Positions 9,097-18,456 of a stretch of DNA of 64,000 nucleotides are shown in pieces. Below the pieces are notes generated by a model. It was not told the DNA's origin and searched no databases. It saw only the letters and a program-made list of their open reading frames with translations. This DNA comes from Myxococcota bacterium (GTDB lineage: Bacteria; Myxococcota_A; UBA9160; UBA6930), in the NCBI GenBank assembly GCA_965223705.1, contig OZ245015.1, positions 640,001 to 704,000 of the forward strand, written 5' to 3'. Numbering within the stretch: position 1 is the stretch's first letter; each line of letters opens with the position of its first letter. Both the position numbers and the translations under genes were made by a program.

Positions 9097-9771
9097 GTGT
9101 CGCAAGCCTCTTCTCGGGCGTTCGAGATCGCCGTCTTTTGTGACTTCGACGGCACCTTCTCCGTGCAAGACGTGGGCTCGACCCTCGCGCGCATGCATCT
9201 CGGTGAGCGGCGGGCCGCGCTCTGGGAACGCCTCGTCGAGGGCGAGCTCGATCCGTGGGCCTACAACCAGGAACTGTTCAAGGACTTCGCGCTCCCCGAG
9301 TCGGAACTCGACGCGTTTCTCGCCACCGTCGATCCCGATCCGGGAGCTGCGGCGCTTTTCGCGTGGTGCGAGGGACGCGGCGTGCCGTTCAGGATCCTCT
9401 CCGACGGGTTCGACTACAACCTCGAACGTCTACGCGAGCGCTTAGGCATTCCGTTCGAGTTCGACGCGAACCACCTCCACTACAAGGCCGGTTGCTGGGT
9501 GATCTCGGCGGGGCACCCCGATCCCTCGTGCGGGTGCGGGACCGGAGTCTGCAAGCGTTCGCGCATCCGAGAGTTCGCCGATAAGCATCGAGGCGTGAAG
9601 ACGGTCCACATCGGCAACGGCCGGGTATCCGATTTGTGCGGCGCCGAAGCGGCGGACTACGCGTTCGCGAAAGACACGCTGGCCGAAGAACTCACTTCAC
9701 GCGGTCGAGCTTACCGACCGTTCACAACGCTGCACGACGTCGTGGCGGGTCTCGAAGCGCTCGTTCGGTAG
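9097..9771 (+). CDS. HAD-IB phosphatase, MtnX-like
   Basis: CDFDGT motif I, LSDG, CGCGTGVCK, IGNGRVSD, FAK; GTG start 6 nt after TATACT. Confidence 0.85.
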   Translation: MSQASSRAFEIAVFCDFDGTFSVQDVGSTLARMHLGERRAALWERLVEGELDPWAYNQELFKDFALPESELDAFLATVDPDPGAAALFAWCEGRGVPFRILSDGFDYNLERLRERLGIPFEFDANHLHYKAGCWVISAGHPDPSCGCGTGVCKRSRIREFADKHRGVKTVHIGNGRVSDLCGAEAADYAFAKDTLAEELTSRGRAYRPFTTLHDVVAGLEALVR

Positions 9772-10341
9772 GCGCAGCAGCGCGTGGCAACGCCTGCGCA
9801 ACTCCGGAACCACAGTTGCCTCGAACCACGGATTCCGGCGCAGCCACAAATTGTTGCGGGGGCTCGGGTGGGGGAGCGGCAAGTAACGGGGCCCGAACTC
9901 TCGGAAGCGTTGCACCGTGTCGGTGAGGGATCGGCCGCGCGACGTCCCCAAGTGGTAGGCATGAGCGTACGCGCCGATGGGAAGAATGAGCGCCAGGTTC
10001 GGTAGCGCGCCGAGTAGGCGATCCATGTAGCGCTCAGCGCACTCTCGCCGGGGCGGAAGGTCGCCGCTCTTGCCGCGGCCCGGGTAGCAGAATCCCATCG
10101 GGATGATCGCGACACGGCGTTCGTCGTAGAAGACGTCCGGTGGGATCGCCATCCATTCGCGCAGACGAACGCCGCTGGGATCGTTCCAGGGGATTCCCGT
10201 TTCGTGCACGCGCGTTCCCGGCGCTTGGCCGGCGACGAGGATCCGCGCGTCGGGATGTGCGCGGAGAACCGGTCGCGGACCGCGCGGCAGCGCCTCGGCG
10301 CAAACCCGACAGGAACGGACCTCGGCGAGAAGAGCGTCCAG
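9697..10341 (-). CDS. uracil-DNA glycosylase superfamily protein (probable CTG start)
   Basis: In-frame upstream extension gives CRVC and GQAPG; also MGFCYPG, DLPPRREC, LPHPSPRN. Confidence 0.88.
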   Translation of the reverse strand: MDALLAEVRSCRVCAEALPRGPRPVLRAHPDARILVAGQAPGTRVHETGIPWNDPSGVRLREWMAIPPDVFYDERRVAIIPMGFCYPGRGKSGDLPPRRECAERYMDRLLGALPNLALILPIGAYAHAYHLGTSRGRSLTDTVQRFREFGPRYLPLPHPSPRNNLWLRRNPWFEATVVPELRRRCHALLRLPNERFETRHDVVQRCERSVSSTA

Positions 10342-10344
10342 GCG

Positions 10345-11073
10345 CTAGCTCTGCATCGAATCGAGGAACGTCTCCGCCTCGGCGACGGATCGCTGCATGT
10401 CGCGTATCAGTGCGGCGACGTCGTTCTCGATCTCGACGGTGTTTTCCTGAATCGAAGCGATCGCGCGGGCGTTCAAGTTGTGTTTCAGGAAGAGCACTTG
10501 GTCGCGGAACGCCAGGAGTACGGGCTCCATCTTCGACTCAGCCCGTCGCATCGCACCGATGTAGCGCTCGTAGCGCTGCTGGGTGTCGACGAGGCTATCG
10601 CGCGAGCGGCGACGCAAGTCTGCACTCTGAATGTCTTGGATCTCGCCTTCCCACTCGCGAAACAGATCGGCGGCGACTTTCTCGATGGACGTGATGCGCT
10701 CGCGCACGTCTTCTGCGCGTTTCTCACTGTCGTCGTACTCGCCCTGGAGTTTCTTGTAGAAGCCCTCGAGCTCGCCCCCATCGAACTTCGTCACGTCTTT
10801 GAAGAGCTCGAGGGTGGTTTGGAACTGCTCTTGTGCCTCGGCCTGGTCTTCTTGGCCGGCTTCGACGCGCGCGCGGAGGATGTGCCGTTTCTGCCGACCG
10901 AGGAGCTGTTCTTGGGCGTCGTAGTAGAGGCCGGAACAACCCGACGTCGAGAATACGGCGAAGAGGGTCGTTGCCAGGCCGAGAGCGACCCATCGACTAG
11001 ACGCGTTTCGTCTCGGCTTCGTCGTGCGGCCGGTGGTTCTCCGCCGTCTTCGGTCGCTCGTGTCCCTGCTCAT
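10345..11073 (-). CDS. DUF2959-like lipoprotein
   Basis: Lipobox STSGC followed by YY; KRHILRARVE; FRDQVLFLKHNLNARAI. Confidence 0.85.
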   Translation of the reverse strand: MSRDTSDRRRRRTTGRTTKPRRNASSRWVALGLATTLFAVFSTSGCSGLYYDAQEQLLGRQKRHILRARVEAGQEDQAEAQEQFQTTLELFKDVTKFDGGELEGFYKKLQGEYDDSEKRAEDVRERITSIEKVAADLFREWEGEIQDIQSADLRRRSRDSLVDTQQRYERYIGAMRRAESKMEPVLLAFRDQVLFLKHNLNARAIASIQENTVEIENDVAALIRDMQRSVAEAETFLDSMQS

Positions 11074-11362
11074 GGTGCATCACCCCCCTGCCCATCGATC
11101 GATCGGGCGCCATGATCACCCAAAGTGCCGCGTAGATCACGAGTCCGACACCGCCGGCGAAAATCGTCGCCAAAACAAAACCGAGCCTGAGCAGTGCCGC
11201 CGGAATGCCGAACTCGCGCGCGAGCCCGCCGCACACGCCGGCGATGCGCTTGTCGTCATCCGTTCTGCGCCAGTCGAGGGAGAACCGCTCGGTCGGCGGG
11301 CTCTTCTTTGCGCCGCAGTGCGGGCACGCGGATGCGTGTGTGTCGTGAGTGAGATCGGTCAT
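10997..11362 (-). CDS. PspC domain protein with N-terminal CxxCG
   Basis: RRTDDDKRIAGVCGGLA...YAALWVIM. Confidence 0.88.
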   Translation of the reverse strand: MTDLTHDTHASACPHCGAKKSPPTERFSLDWRRTDDDKRIAGVCGGLAREFGIPAALLRLGFVLATIFAGGVGLVIYAALWVIMAPDRSMGRGVMHHEQGHERPKTAENHRPHDEAETKRV

Positions 11363-11802
11363 TCGAAGGAACCTCCGGGTCGGTGTCGGTGGGCGGTTGC
11401 GGGGCTATTCAAGGCGTGGGCGAGCGGTGGCAACGCGATCCAGGCGAGCGATAGCCACAGGATTCCCGCGAGCGCGTAGCTACCGGCCGCGAACCAGACA
11501 AGCGCACTCGGGAGATATTGCGCGAGCCACGGCGCGCCTACCGAGAGCAGCCAGACGTAGGCGAGTAGGCACACCGCAGCCGGGGCGGCCGCCGCGGTGA
11601 CCCAGCGCAAGGTGAAGGGCGCCGAGTCACGGCGCAGATCCGAGACGAGCTCGCGGGCCGCCTTGGCCTGCGTTCTCGCGACGAGTTCCTCGGTGGGCTC
11701 CGGGACCGTCCCGCGATGGAGCTCGGCCGCGAGTCGCGAGAGCTGCGGATCGGCGCTGGGCGCGCCGGCTAGAAAATCCTCGAGTTCGCGGTCGTCCGTC
11801 AT
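11359..11802 (-). CDS. membrane protein, probable anti-sigma factor
   Basis: Directly downstream of ECF sigma; two hydrophobic segments; GAGGAGG SD. Confidence 0.65.
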   Translation of the reverse strand: MTDDRELEDFLAGAPSADPQLSRLAAELHRGTVPEPTEELVARTQAKAARELVSDLRRDSAPFTLRWVTAAAAPAAVCLLAYVWLLSVGAPWLAQYLPSALVWFAAGSYALAGILWLSLAWIALPPLAHALNSPATAHRHRPGGSFE

Positions 11803-11837
11803 CGCGTGACCTCCTCGGCGGGATCGTCTGTCGTCAT
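11799..11837 (-). CDS. 12-aa mini-ORF MTTDDPAEEVTR created by tandem duplication
   Basis: Own GAGGAGG SD; ATGA overlaps with both the sigma stop and the anti-sigma start. Confidence 0.5.
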   Translation of the reverse strand: MTTDDPAEEVTR

Positions 11838-12385
11838 GGCGTGACCTCCTCCGAATCGAGGGCTTCGCGCAAGCGGCCCATGGCCGCGTGGAGGCGGCTC
11901 TTCACGGTGCCGCGCGGAATGCCCAGGAGTTCCGCCGTCTCGGCTTCGGTGTGCCCCTGGTAGTAGCGGGAAATCACCACTTCGCGATGCGCGTCCCCCA
12001 GACGGGCGAGGAGGGCGCGCGCATCGAGGCGCGCGCCGCTCTCGGGCGCCGCGTGCGCCGCCGAAGTCTGCGCGACGTGTTCGCGGCGGCGCCCTTCGGC
12101 GGCCTGCCGTCTCGCCCGATCCCGGCAGAGGTTGTTCGCGATCTGAAACAGCCAGGTCGAGAAGCGCCGCTCGGGATGGAAGAGATGGCGCGAGCGCACG
12201 ACCCGCAACCAGGTCTCCTGAAACAAATCATCGACGTCGCCGTCGACCCGCCTCCACAAGAATCCGTAGAGCGGCTTGCGATAGCGGGCGATCAGGTCCG
12301 AGAGCGCGCGATCGTCGCCACGCTGGGCCGCTCGCATCAGGGCTTCATCCGATTCGGCGGCTCTCGGGGGCGTTGTGTTCTCCAC
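11834..12385 (-). CDS. ECF RNA polymerase sigma factor
   Basis: SDEALM, DDLFQETWL, FSTWLFQIANN, EAETAELLGIPRGTVKSRLH; start approximate. Confidence 0.93.
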   Translation of the reverse strand: MENTTPPRAAESDEALMRAAQRGDDRALSDLIARYRKPLYGFLWRRVDGDVDDLFQETWLRVVRSRHLFHPERRFSTWLFQIANNLCRDRARRQAAEGRRREHVAQTSAAHAAPESGARLDARALLARLGDAHREVVISRYYQGHTEAETAELLGIPRGTVKSRLHAAMGRLREALDSEEVTP

Positions 12386-12503
12386 GTCGGGAGAAACTAC
12401 CGGACCGCCGTACAACGCCGGTCGGAACCTCATCGCACTTTCGATCATGGCCGTAGTACGCGGCGATCTACGAAGACGTTCAACCCGAACTATGCTTCGC
12501 CCC

Positions 12504-13757
12504 ATGGGGCCCCAGGAGGTCATCGTCATCGGTGCCGGGTGGGCGGGACTGTCCGCAGCGACGGCGCTGGCCCGTCTCGGGAAACGCGTCGAGGTGCTGG
12601 AAGCGGCTCCTTTTGCCGGCGGGCGGGCTGCGAGGGTCGAGGGCCCGGCGACGCTTCGGCTCCGCGAGGGCGACGCACACGCCCTCGCTTGGGTCGCGGA
12701 GGTTTCTCCCGCCTCCTCACCGCCTCGCTTTGCACGCTGGCTCCGCGCAGACCGGGACGACCTTGTCGCACTCTCCGACGACGACATGGCTCACCGGGCA
12801 AACCTCCGACGGCGGGGACGCTGGGGATTGACCCGACTCGAGCGAGTCGCGGCCCGCTTCCGAGACGCCCCGAGCGAACGGTTCGACGACCGGAGCTTCG
12901 CCGATTTCGCGCGCCTCTACCTCGGCCGACGCGACGGCGGTCGCTGGTCGAGGTGGTTCGAAGACGAATGGCTGCTACCGAGTCGCGAGACGTCGCGCGC
13001 GGCATGGCGCGCACTTCTCGCGCGCCGTCGCGGCGGCGTGGGCTACTTGCGTGCGCCTCTCGATTTCTCCTCGCTGCCCTTCGCGTTGCGCCTCGATTAT
13101 CCCGTGAAAGCCGTCGTACGCGAGCGCAACGAGTTTCGCTTGACGGCCGAAGGGCGTGACGACCGCACGGCCGAAGCGGTGGTTCTGGCGACTCCGGCGG
13201 ACGTCAGTGCACGCTTCGTCGCGGGACAAGTGACATCGGCCGAATCGTCGCTGCTCGCCGGCGTTCGCTATCGGTCCGCACTCTCGTTTCACGCGCGGCT
13301 CTCTTGCCCGGCGGGATTCACCTGCTCGGAAATCGCCTTCCCCGGAGAGCGAGCGCCCGTACTGTCGCGCGTCTCTCTCGCCGCGGGCGTCGAGCACGCG
13401 GAGACCGAGGGGCACATCGTGGCCCACGCGCACCCGGATTTCGCGAGGCGCGCCGAATCGATGCCGGACGATATCGCGCTTCGCATCTTCGACGCCGCGT
13501 TGCGGGCGATCCTTCCCGAGACCCTGTGCGAGTTCGACGCACCGTCGCTCGAGAGGAGCCGCGCGCCCGCGTTTGCAGTCGGCCAGGTGCGCCGGATCGA
13601 CGTTCTCAAACGACTCGTCGCCGAGGAACGGCGGTGCGGACGCGCGCTGGCCTACGCCGGTGACTTTCTCACGGAACCGACGCTCGAAGGCGCGGTTCGG
13701 TCCGGTCTCTCCGCCGTCGATGCGCTGTTTCCGGGTCAGCGCGTGAGCGCGGGCTAG
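12504..13757 (+). CDS. FAD-dependent oxidoreductase (amine oxidase/HemY-like, divergent)
   Basis: VIVIGAGWAGLSAA dinucleotide-binding fold, EA...GGR, AGD...LEGAVRSG. Confidence 0.8.
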   Translation: MGPQEVIVIGAGWAGLSAATALARLGKRVEVLEAAPFAGGRAARVEGPATLRLREGDAHALAWVAEVSPASSPPRFARWLRADRDDLVALSDDDMAHRANLRRRGRWGLTRLERVAARFRDAPSERFDDRSFADFARLYLGRRDGGRWSRWFEDEWLLPSRETSRAAWRALLARRRGGVGYLRAPLDFSSLPFALRLDYPVKAVVRERNEFRLTAEGRDDRTAEAVVLATPADVSARFVAGQVTSAESSLLAGVRYRSALSFHARLSCPAGFTCSEIAFPGERAPVLSRVSLAAGVEHAETEGHIVAHAHPDFARRAESMPDDIALRIFDAALRAILPETLCEFDAPSLERSRAPAFAVGQVRRIDVLKRLVAEERRCGRALAYAGDFLTEPTLEGAVRSGLSAVDALFPGQRVSAG

Positions 13758-16123
13758 GGAGCACGCAGGAACGCGATCGTGGCGCCCTCACCGCCTTCCG
13801 AAGCCGACGCCGATTCGTATCGTTCGACGTAGGGAGAGCTTTGCAGGTAGTCCCGCACCGCGCGTCGCAGCGCACCGGTTCCGAACCCATGAATGATCGT
13901 GAGTTGGTACGCGCGCGCTGCGAGCGCGTTCTCGAGAGCTCTCTCGAGACGCTCTTCGGCTTCGAGAACGCGCTCGCCACGGAGATCGCAGGGCAAAAGC
14001 GTCTCGTCTCGCGGTTCGGGGACCCGCACACGCGGGCGCGCTGTCTCCTCTGATTTCGGGACACCGCGAATTTGTTCCGACGCCAGGGTGAGCTTGGCGC
14101 TTCCGGCCTGTACCTGAACCTTTCCGCGTCGGTCCGGCGCCGAGAGCAGAATGCCCTGCTGCCCGCCCGGGAGGAGCACCCGCGTTCCCGGGCGCGCCGA
14201 CGTCCAATCGATCGGCCCCGCGACGGCTTCGCTCGGGGCGGGGACCGGGCGCGCTTCGCTCTCCGGTGCGGCACTTTCGAGTTCGATCAGCCGTTCGCGG
14301 GCGCGGGCCGCGGCTTGCGCGGTCCCGCCGCGTTGCAACGTGCGAATCACGCCCGCAACTTCTTCATGCGCGCGAGAGAAGGACGCTTGCAGTTCTTCTC
14401 GCATCTCGCCGAACAACTTTTCGCGCTTCGCTTCGAGCTGTTCGAGCTTTCGTCCGTAGGCTTCCCGAGCGCTGTCGCTTTCCTCGCGCAACCGTGCGGC
14501 TTCGGCGCGCTCCGTCTCGAGCGCAGCACGACTCGTTTGTAGCTCGGCGATCATGCGGTCGAGTTGGCGATCTTCGGAGGCCAGGAGCGTACGGGCGCGT
14601 TGTGCGACGTCTTCCGGCATTCCCATCCGCTGCGCGACCGCGAGCGCCGAGGAAGCGCCGGCCATCCCCGTGCGCAAGACGTACGTGGGTTGCAGCGTTT
14701 CCGGATCAAACGCGACGGCGGCGTTCTCGAAACGTTCGTCGACTTCGGCCAGTTCTTTCAGCAAGTTGTAGTGGGTCGTCGTGATGACGCGCGCATCCCG
14801 CGCCGCCAACGCTTCGAGAATCGCTTGGGCGAGCGAGGCTCCCTCGCTCGGATCGGTCCCCACCCCGATCTCATCGAGGAGAATGAAGCTCCGGCGGTCC
14901 GCGCGATCGACGACCGACGCGACGTTCGCCATGTGCGCCGAGAAGGTCGAAAGATGTTCTCGGATGTCCTGCTCGTCGCCGATATCCGCCAGGACCGTGT
15001 CGAACCGGTCGACCCGCGCGCCGGGCTCGGCCGGGACGAAAAGGCCCGCTTGGGCGCACAACACCGCGAGGGCCGCGGCTTTCATGGCGACGGTCTTGCC
15101 TCCCGCGTTCGGTCCCGAGATGACGAGTACGCAGTAGGTTCGACCGAGTCGCAGGTCGTTCGGTACCGCTTCGTCGCCGAGCAGCGGGTGGCGAAGCCCG
15201 GGAAGCTCGACCACACCGCGATCCCCCATCTCCGGAGGTACGCCGCCGATTTGGCGGGAGAACTTCGCGCGCGCGAAAGCGAGATCGAGCTTCGCCAACG
15301 CTTCGAGTCCGACGCGGAGCTCGGGTGCCGCCCGCGCCACGGCGGCCGACAGCTCGGCGATGATGCGCCGCTCCTCGCGATCGGCATCGAGTTCGGCGCG
15401 TTTGTGTCGATTGTTCAGCTCGACGAATTCGCTCGGCTCGACGAAGAGCGTGGCGCCGCTGGCGGACGCGTCGTGCACGATACCGGGCACGGAGGCGCGC
15501 GCGTCGGCTCGCACCGGCAGGACGAACCGGTCGTTGCGGACCGTGTAGAAGCGGTCCGCGAGCGACGATTCGAGTTGCCGATCGCGCAAGGTCCGCTCCA
15601 TGCGCTGCTTGCCCTCGGCGGCGAGTCGTTGCGCGTCGGCCCTCGCCCGCGCGAGAGTTTCGGAAGCTTCGTCGCGAATGGTCCCGTCGGGCCCGATCGC
15701 GTTCGCGATCTCGCGATCGAGGACTCCGAGCGGCACGATGTCTTCGCCGGCACGCACGAGGGTCTCGGCGGAGGCGTCGAGGGTGTCGAGCATTCGTCGC
15801 GTGTCCCCGAGGACGGCACACGCCGTCGCAATGTCGCGCAACTCGCGCGGACTCAGGCCGCCGCCTTTGCAGGCGCGGTCGAGCGACGCCTCGAGTGGGG
15901 AGATTTCCCCGAGCGGGAGGTCGCGGCCGGTCTCGAGCAGGCCGAAGGCCTCGCGAGTTTCGGCGCGGAGCTCTTCGAGCTCTTCCAGATTCTGGGCGAA
16001 AGGCGCCTGAAGCTCGGCGAGCCGATCCCGCGCGGCGGGCGTGCGGACGTGGCCCCGCAGCATCTGCACCAATTCATGCCACTCGAGCCGCAACAGCGTC
16101 TTGGTTTCGACAGCGAACGCCAC
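13754..16123 (-). CDS. mutS2: endonuclease MutS2
   Basis: ISGPNAGGKT, DIGDEQ...LSTFS, LLDEIG.GTDP.EG, TTHY; C-terminal Smr domain DLRG...IIHGFGTG. Confidence 0.95.
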   Translation of the reverse strand: MAFAVETKTLLRLEWHELVQMLRGHVRTPAARDRLAELQAPFAQNLEELEELRAETREAFGLLETGRDLPLGEISPLEASLDRACKGGGLSPRELRDIATACAVLGDTRRMLDTLDASAETLVRAGEDIVPLGVLDREIANAIGPDGTIRDEASETLARARADAQRLAAEGKQRMERTLRDRQLESSLADRFYTVRNDRFVLPVRADARASVPGIVHDASASGATLFVEPSEFVELNNRHKRAELDADREERRIIAELSAAVARAAPELRVGLEALAKLDLAFARAKFSRQIGGVPPEMGDRGVVELPGLRHPLLGDEAVPNDLRLGRTYCVLVISGPNAGGKTVAMKAAALAVLCAQAGLFVPAEPGARVDRFDTVLADIGDEQDIREHLSTFSAHMANVASVVDRADRRSFILLDEIGVGTDPSEGASLAQAILEALAARDARVITTTHYNLLKELAEVDERFENAAVAFDPETLQPTYVLRTGMAGASSALAVAQRMGMPEDVAQRARTLLASEDRQLDRMIAELQTSRAALETERAEAARLREESDSAREAYGRKLEQLEAKREKLFGEMREELQASFSRAHEEVAGVIRTLQRGGTAQAAARARERLIELESAAPESEARPVPAPSEAVAGPIDWTSARPGTRVLLPGGQQGILLSAPDRRGKVQVQAGSAKLTLASEQIRGVPKSEETARPRVRVPEPRDETLLPCDLRGERVLEAEERLERALENALAARAYQLTIIHGFGTGALRRAVRDYLQSSPYVERYESASASEGGEGATIAFLRAP

Positions 16124-16179
16124 CGCCGGGATTCTAGGGGTCTCTCACCCGAAGGTGCCCGTCTGCCGATGTTCCCGGC

Positions 16180-17016
16180 GTGGCGGACCAACTGCTCACA
16201 GAAGCCGTGCTCGAGAGCGCGCGCGACCTCGATCAACGAAGTACCCGGGACGTATTGCGGGCCGTTCACGATCAGGACGCGGTGGCTTTGCGCGCGGTTG
16301 AGGGCGTTTTGCCCCATGTCGAAGAGGCCGTCGACGCTCTGGTCCTGACCCTCCAAGGGGGCGGCCGGTGGTTCAACATCGGTGCGGGGACGAGCGGTCG
16401 ACTCGGCGTGGCCGACGCCGCCGAGGTGCCGCCCACGTTCGGCTATCCGCGGGATCGGGTCGTCGGTCTGATCGCCGGTGGCCCGGCGGCCCTGTCGGGT
16501 GCGGTCGAGGGGGCCGAAGACGACGGCGAGGCGGCGCGGCGCGATTTGAGCACACGAAACCTATTGCCCGGAGACGCCGTGGTCGCCCTTTCGGCCAGCG
16601 GGCGAACGCCCTATGCCGTCGCAGCGCTGGATGAAGCCGAGAGCATTGGCGCTCGGCGAATCGCGATCTGTTGCGATCCGAATTCGCCGCTCGCGAGAGC
16701 CGCCGAGATTGCGATTGCGCCCGTCGTCGGTCCCGAGATCATCGCCGGTTCGACGCGAATGAAAGGCGGTCTCGCACAGAAGATGGTGCTGCACTTGTTG
16801 TCGACGACGGTGATGGTTCGGCTCGGGCGCGTCGAAGGGAACCTCATGACGAACCTGCACCCGGCGTCGCGCAAGCTCCGCCGGCGGGCCGTGGAGATTG
16901 TCATGTCCTTGGCGAGCGTGGACCGCGCGCGTGCAGAGGCACTCCTCGACGAGGCCCACGGCAGTGTCCACGATGCGCTGGCGCTTGCGCGCCGGGAACC
17001 CGACTCGGGCCGCTAG
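16180..17016 (+). CDS. murQ: N-acetylmuramic acid 6-phosphate etherase
   Basis: GAGTSGRLG, PPTFG, AVEGAED, GPEIIAGSTRMKGG.AQK. Confidence 0.95.
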   Translation: MADQLLTEAVLESARDLDQRSTRDVLRAVHDQDAVALRAVEGVLPHVEEAVDALVLTLQGGGRWFNIGAGTSGRLGVADAAEVPPTFGYPRDRVVGLIAGGPAALSGAVEGAEDDGEAARRDLSTRNLLPGDAVVALSASGRTPYAVAALDEAESIGARRIAICCDPNSPLARAAEIAIAPVVGPEIIAGSTRMKGGLAQKMVLHLLSTTVMVRLGRVEGNLMTNLHPASRKLRRRAVEIVMSLASVDRARAEALLDEAHGSVHDALALARREPDSGR

Positions 17017-17363
17017 CGGACGGCGGTTTCCAGCTCGCGGATTCGCCTCGACAAACGCGTCAGCTTGCGGTCGATCTTGGCGAGATCGCTCGCGGTGGCG
17101 ATGTCGAGGTTGCCGAGGAGAGCCGCAATCGAGTCGGTGAGCTTCTCGCCGACGTCCTGGCGGAGGGCCACCGCGGTTTCTGTAAGACGCCGCAGCTCGG
17201 CCTGCGCAGTTTCTGTGAGCTCTTGGCGCCGTCGGTCGGCTTCTTCGCGGACGCGTTGGATTTCGGCTTCCACGCCCTCGCGAACCCGACCGAGTTCGCC
17301 CTCGATGTTTTGGAAAGCCTCGCGACCGAGGCGGAGACCGTTTTCGAGAGTAGATTGGATCAT
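17013..17363 (-). CDS. phasin-like (PHA/lipid granule-associated) coiled-coil protein
   Basis: Amphipathic helices; C-terminal LDIATASDLAKIDRKLTRL resembles PhaF/PhaI-type phasins. Confidence 0.6.
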   Translation of the reverse strand: MIQSTLENGLRLGREAFQNIEGELGRVREGVEAEIQRVREEADRRRQELTETAQAELRRLTETAVALRQDVGEKLTDSIAALLGNLDIATASDLAKIDRKLTRLSRRIRELETAVR

Positions 17364-17369
17364 GAGATC

Positions 17370-17397
17370 AATCTAACGCGTTGCGTCAATATGTCAA
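17370..17397 (-). promoter_or_regulatory. sigma-70 promoter for the phasin-like gene (leaderless)
   Basis: TTGACA-16 nt-TAGATT-6 nt-ATG, with an AT-rich upstream tract at 17398-17440. Confidence 0.65.
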
Positions 17398-17454
17398 GTG
17401 ATCTTTAAAAATGTTATATAAAACAGTATCTTGGAATATGTCTCGTTGCATCAT

Positions 17455-18456
17455 TCACCAGCGGACGACCGCGCTCGCCCAGCTGAAGCCGGCGCCGAAG
17501 GCCGTCATGGAAATGAGGTCGCCGGGCTTGAGCTGCTCGTCCGCCCGGGCCTCGGCGAGGAGGATCGGGAGCGACGCCGCCGAGCAGTTCCCGTACTGCT
17601 GAACGTTGTTCCGAATCTTTTCGACCGGAATCTCCATGGATTCCGCGACGTACTCGTTGATTCGAAGGTTCGCCTGATGGAACAGGAAGAGATCGACGTC
17701 TTCTTGTTTGAGACTCGCTGCGTGAAGGGTTTCGAGGAGCACTTCCGGCATACGGCGGACCGCGTGTTTGAAGACCATCCGCCCGAGCATCTTCGGGTAG
17801 TGGCGTTTCTCGGCCATCAGCTCGTCGCTGATGCGCGGATTGAGGGCGCACCCCGGCGCTTCGGTCCAGAGCTTTTCCGCGAACTCGCCCTGGGCGTGCA
17901 GCCGGACTTCGAGGATCGCGCCACTATCCGCGGGGTCATCGTTCGCCTCGACGACGCACGCACCGGCACCGTCGCCGAACAGCACTGAAACGTCTCGTCC
18001 TTCGGGCGACATGTCGAGCCCGCGCGATTGCAGCTCGCAACCGACCACGAGAATTCTCCGGTATTGGCCGGCCTCGATGAAACTCTTCGCAACGGACATC
18101 GAGTACAAGAAGCCGCTGCACTGCGCGCGCAGGTCGAAGCAGGGGGTGTCGTCGAGCTCGAGTTGACGCTGTAGGAAAAAGGAGGTTCCGGGGAACTCGG
18201 CATGGGGCGACAGCGTCGCGAGCACGATGCAGTCGATATCCGAGGCTTCGAGCTCGGCGTCGAGAAGCGCCGCACGGCTCGCGCGTTCCGCGAGATCCGC
18301 CGGCGTCTCGTCCGTGACGTAACGGCGCGCTTCGATCCCCGAGCGTTGGATGATCCACTCCTCGGAGCACTCGAACTGATCGAGAATTTCCGCGTTCGGT
18401 ACCACGCGCTCCGGCACGTACATGCCGGTTCCACTGATTTTGGCTCGGGTCGTCAT
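17455..18456 (-). CDS. fabH: 3-oxoacyl-ACP synthase III
   Basis: AQCSGF, LFGDGAGA, FHQANLRI, YGNCSAAS, FGAGFSW. Confidence 0.95.
   Translation of the reverse strand: MTTRAKISGTGMYVPERVVPNAEILDQFECSEEWIIQRSGIEARRYVTDETPADLAERASRAALLDAELEASDIDCIVLATLSPHAEFPGTSFFLQRQLELDDTPCFDLRAQCSGFLYSMSVAKSFIEAGQYRRILVVGCELQSRGLDMSPEGRDVSVLFGDGAGACVVEANDDPADSGAILEVRLHAQGEFAEKLWTEAPGCALNPRISDELMAEKRHYPKMLGRMVFKHAVRRMPEVLLETLHAASLKQEDVDLFLFHQANLRINEYVAESMEIPVEKIRNNVQQYGNCSAASLPILLAEARADEQLKPGDLISMTAFGAGFSWASAVVRW

Noticed and set aside
17398..17440. AT-rich patch as a foreign DNA or insertion scar
   Set aside because: Only ~45 bp and directly upstream of a TTGACA promoter; better explained as an UP element or regulatory tract
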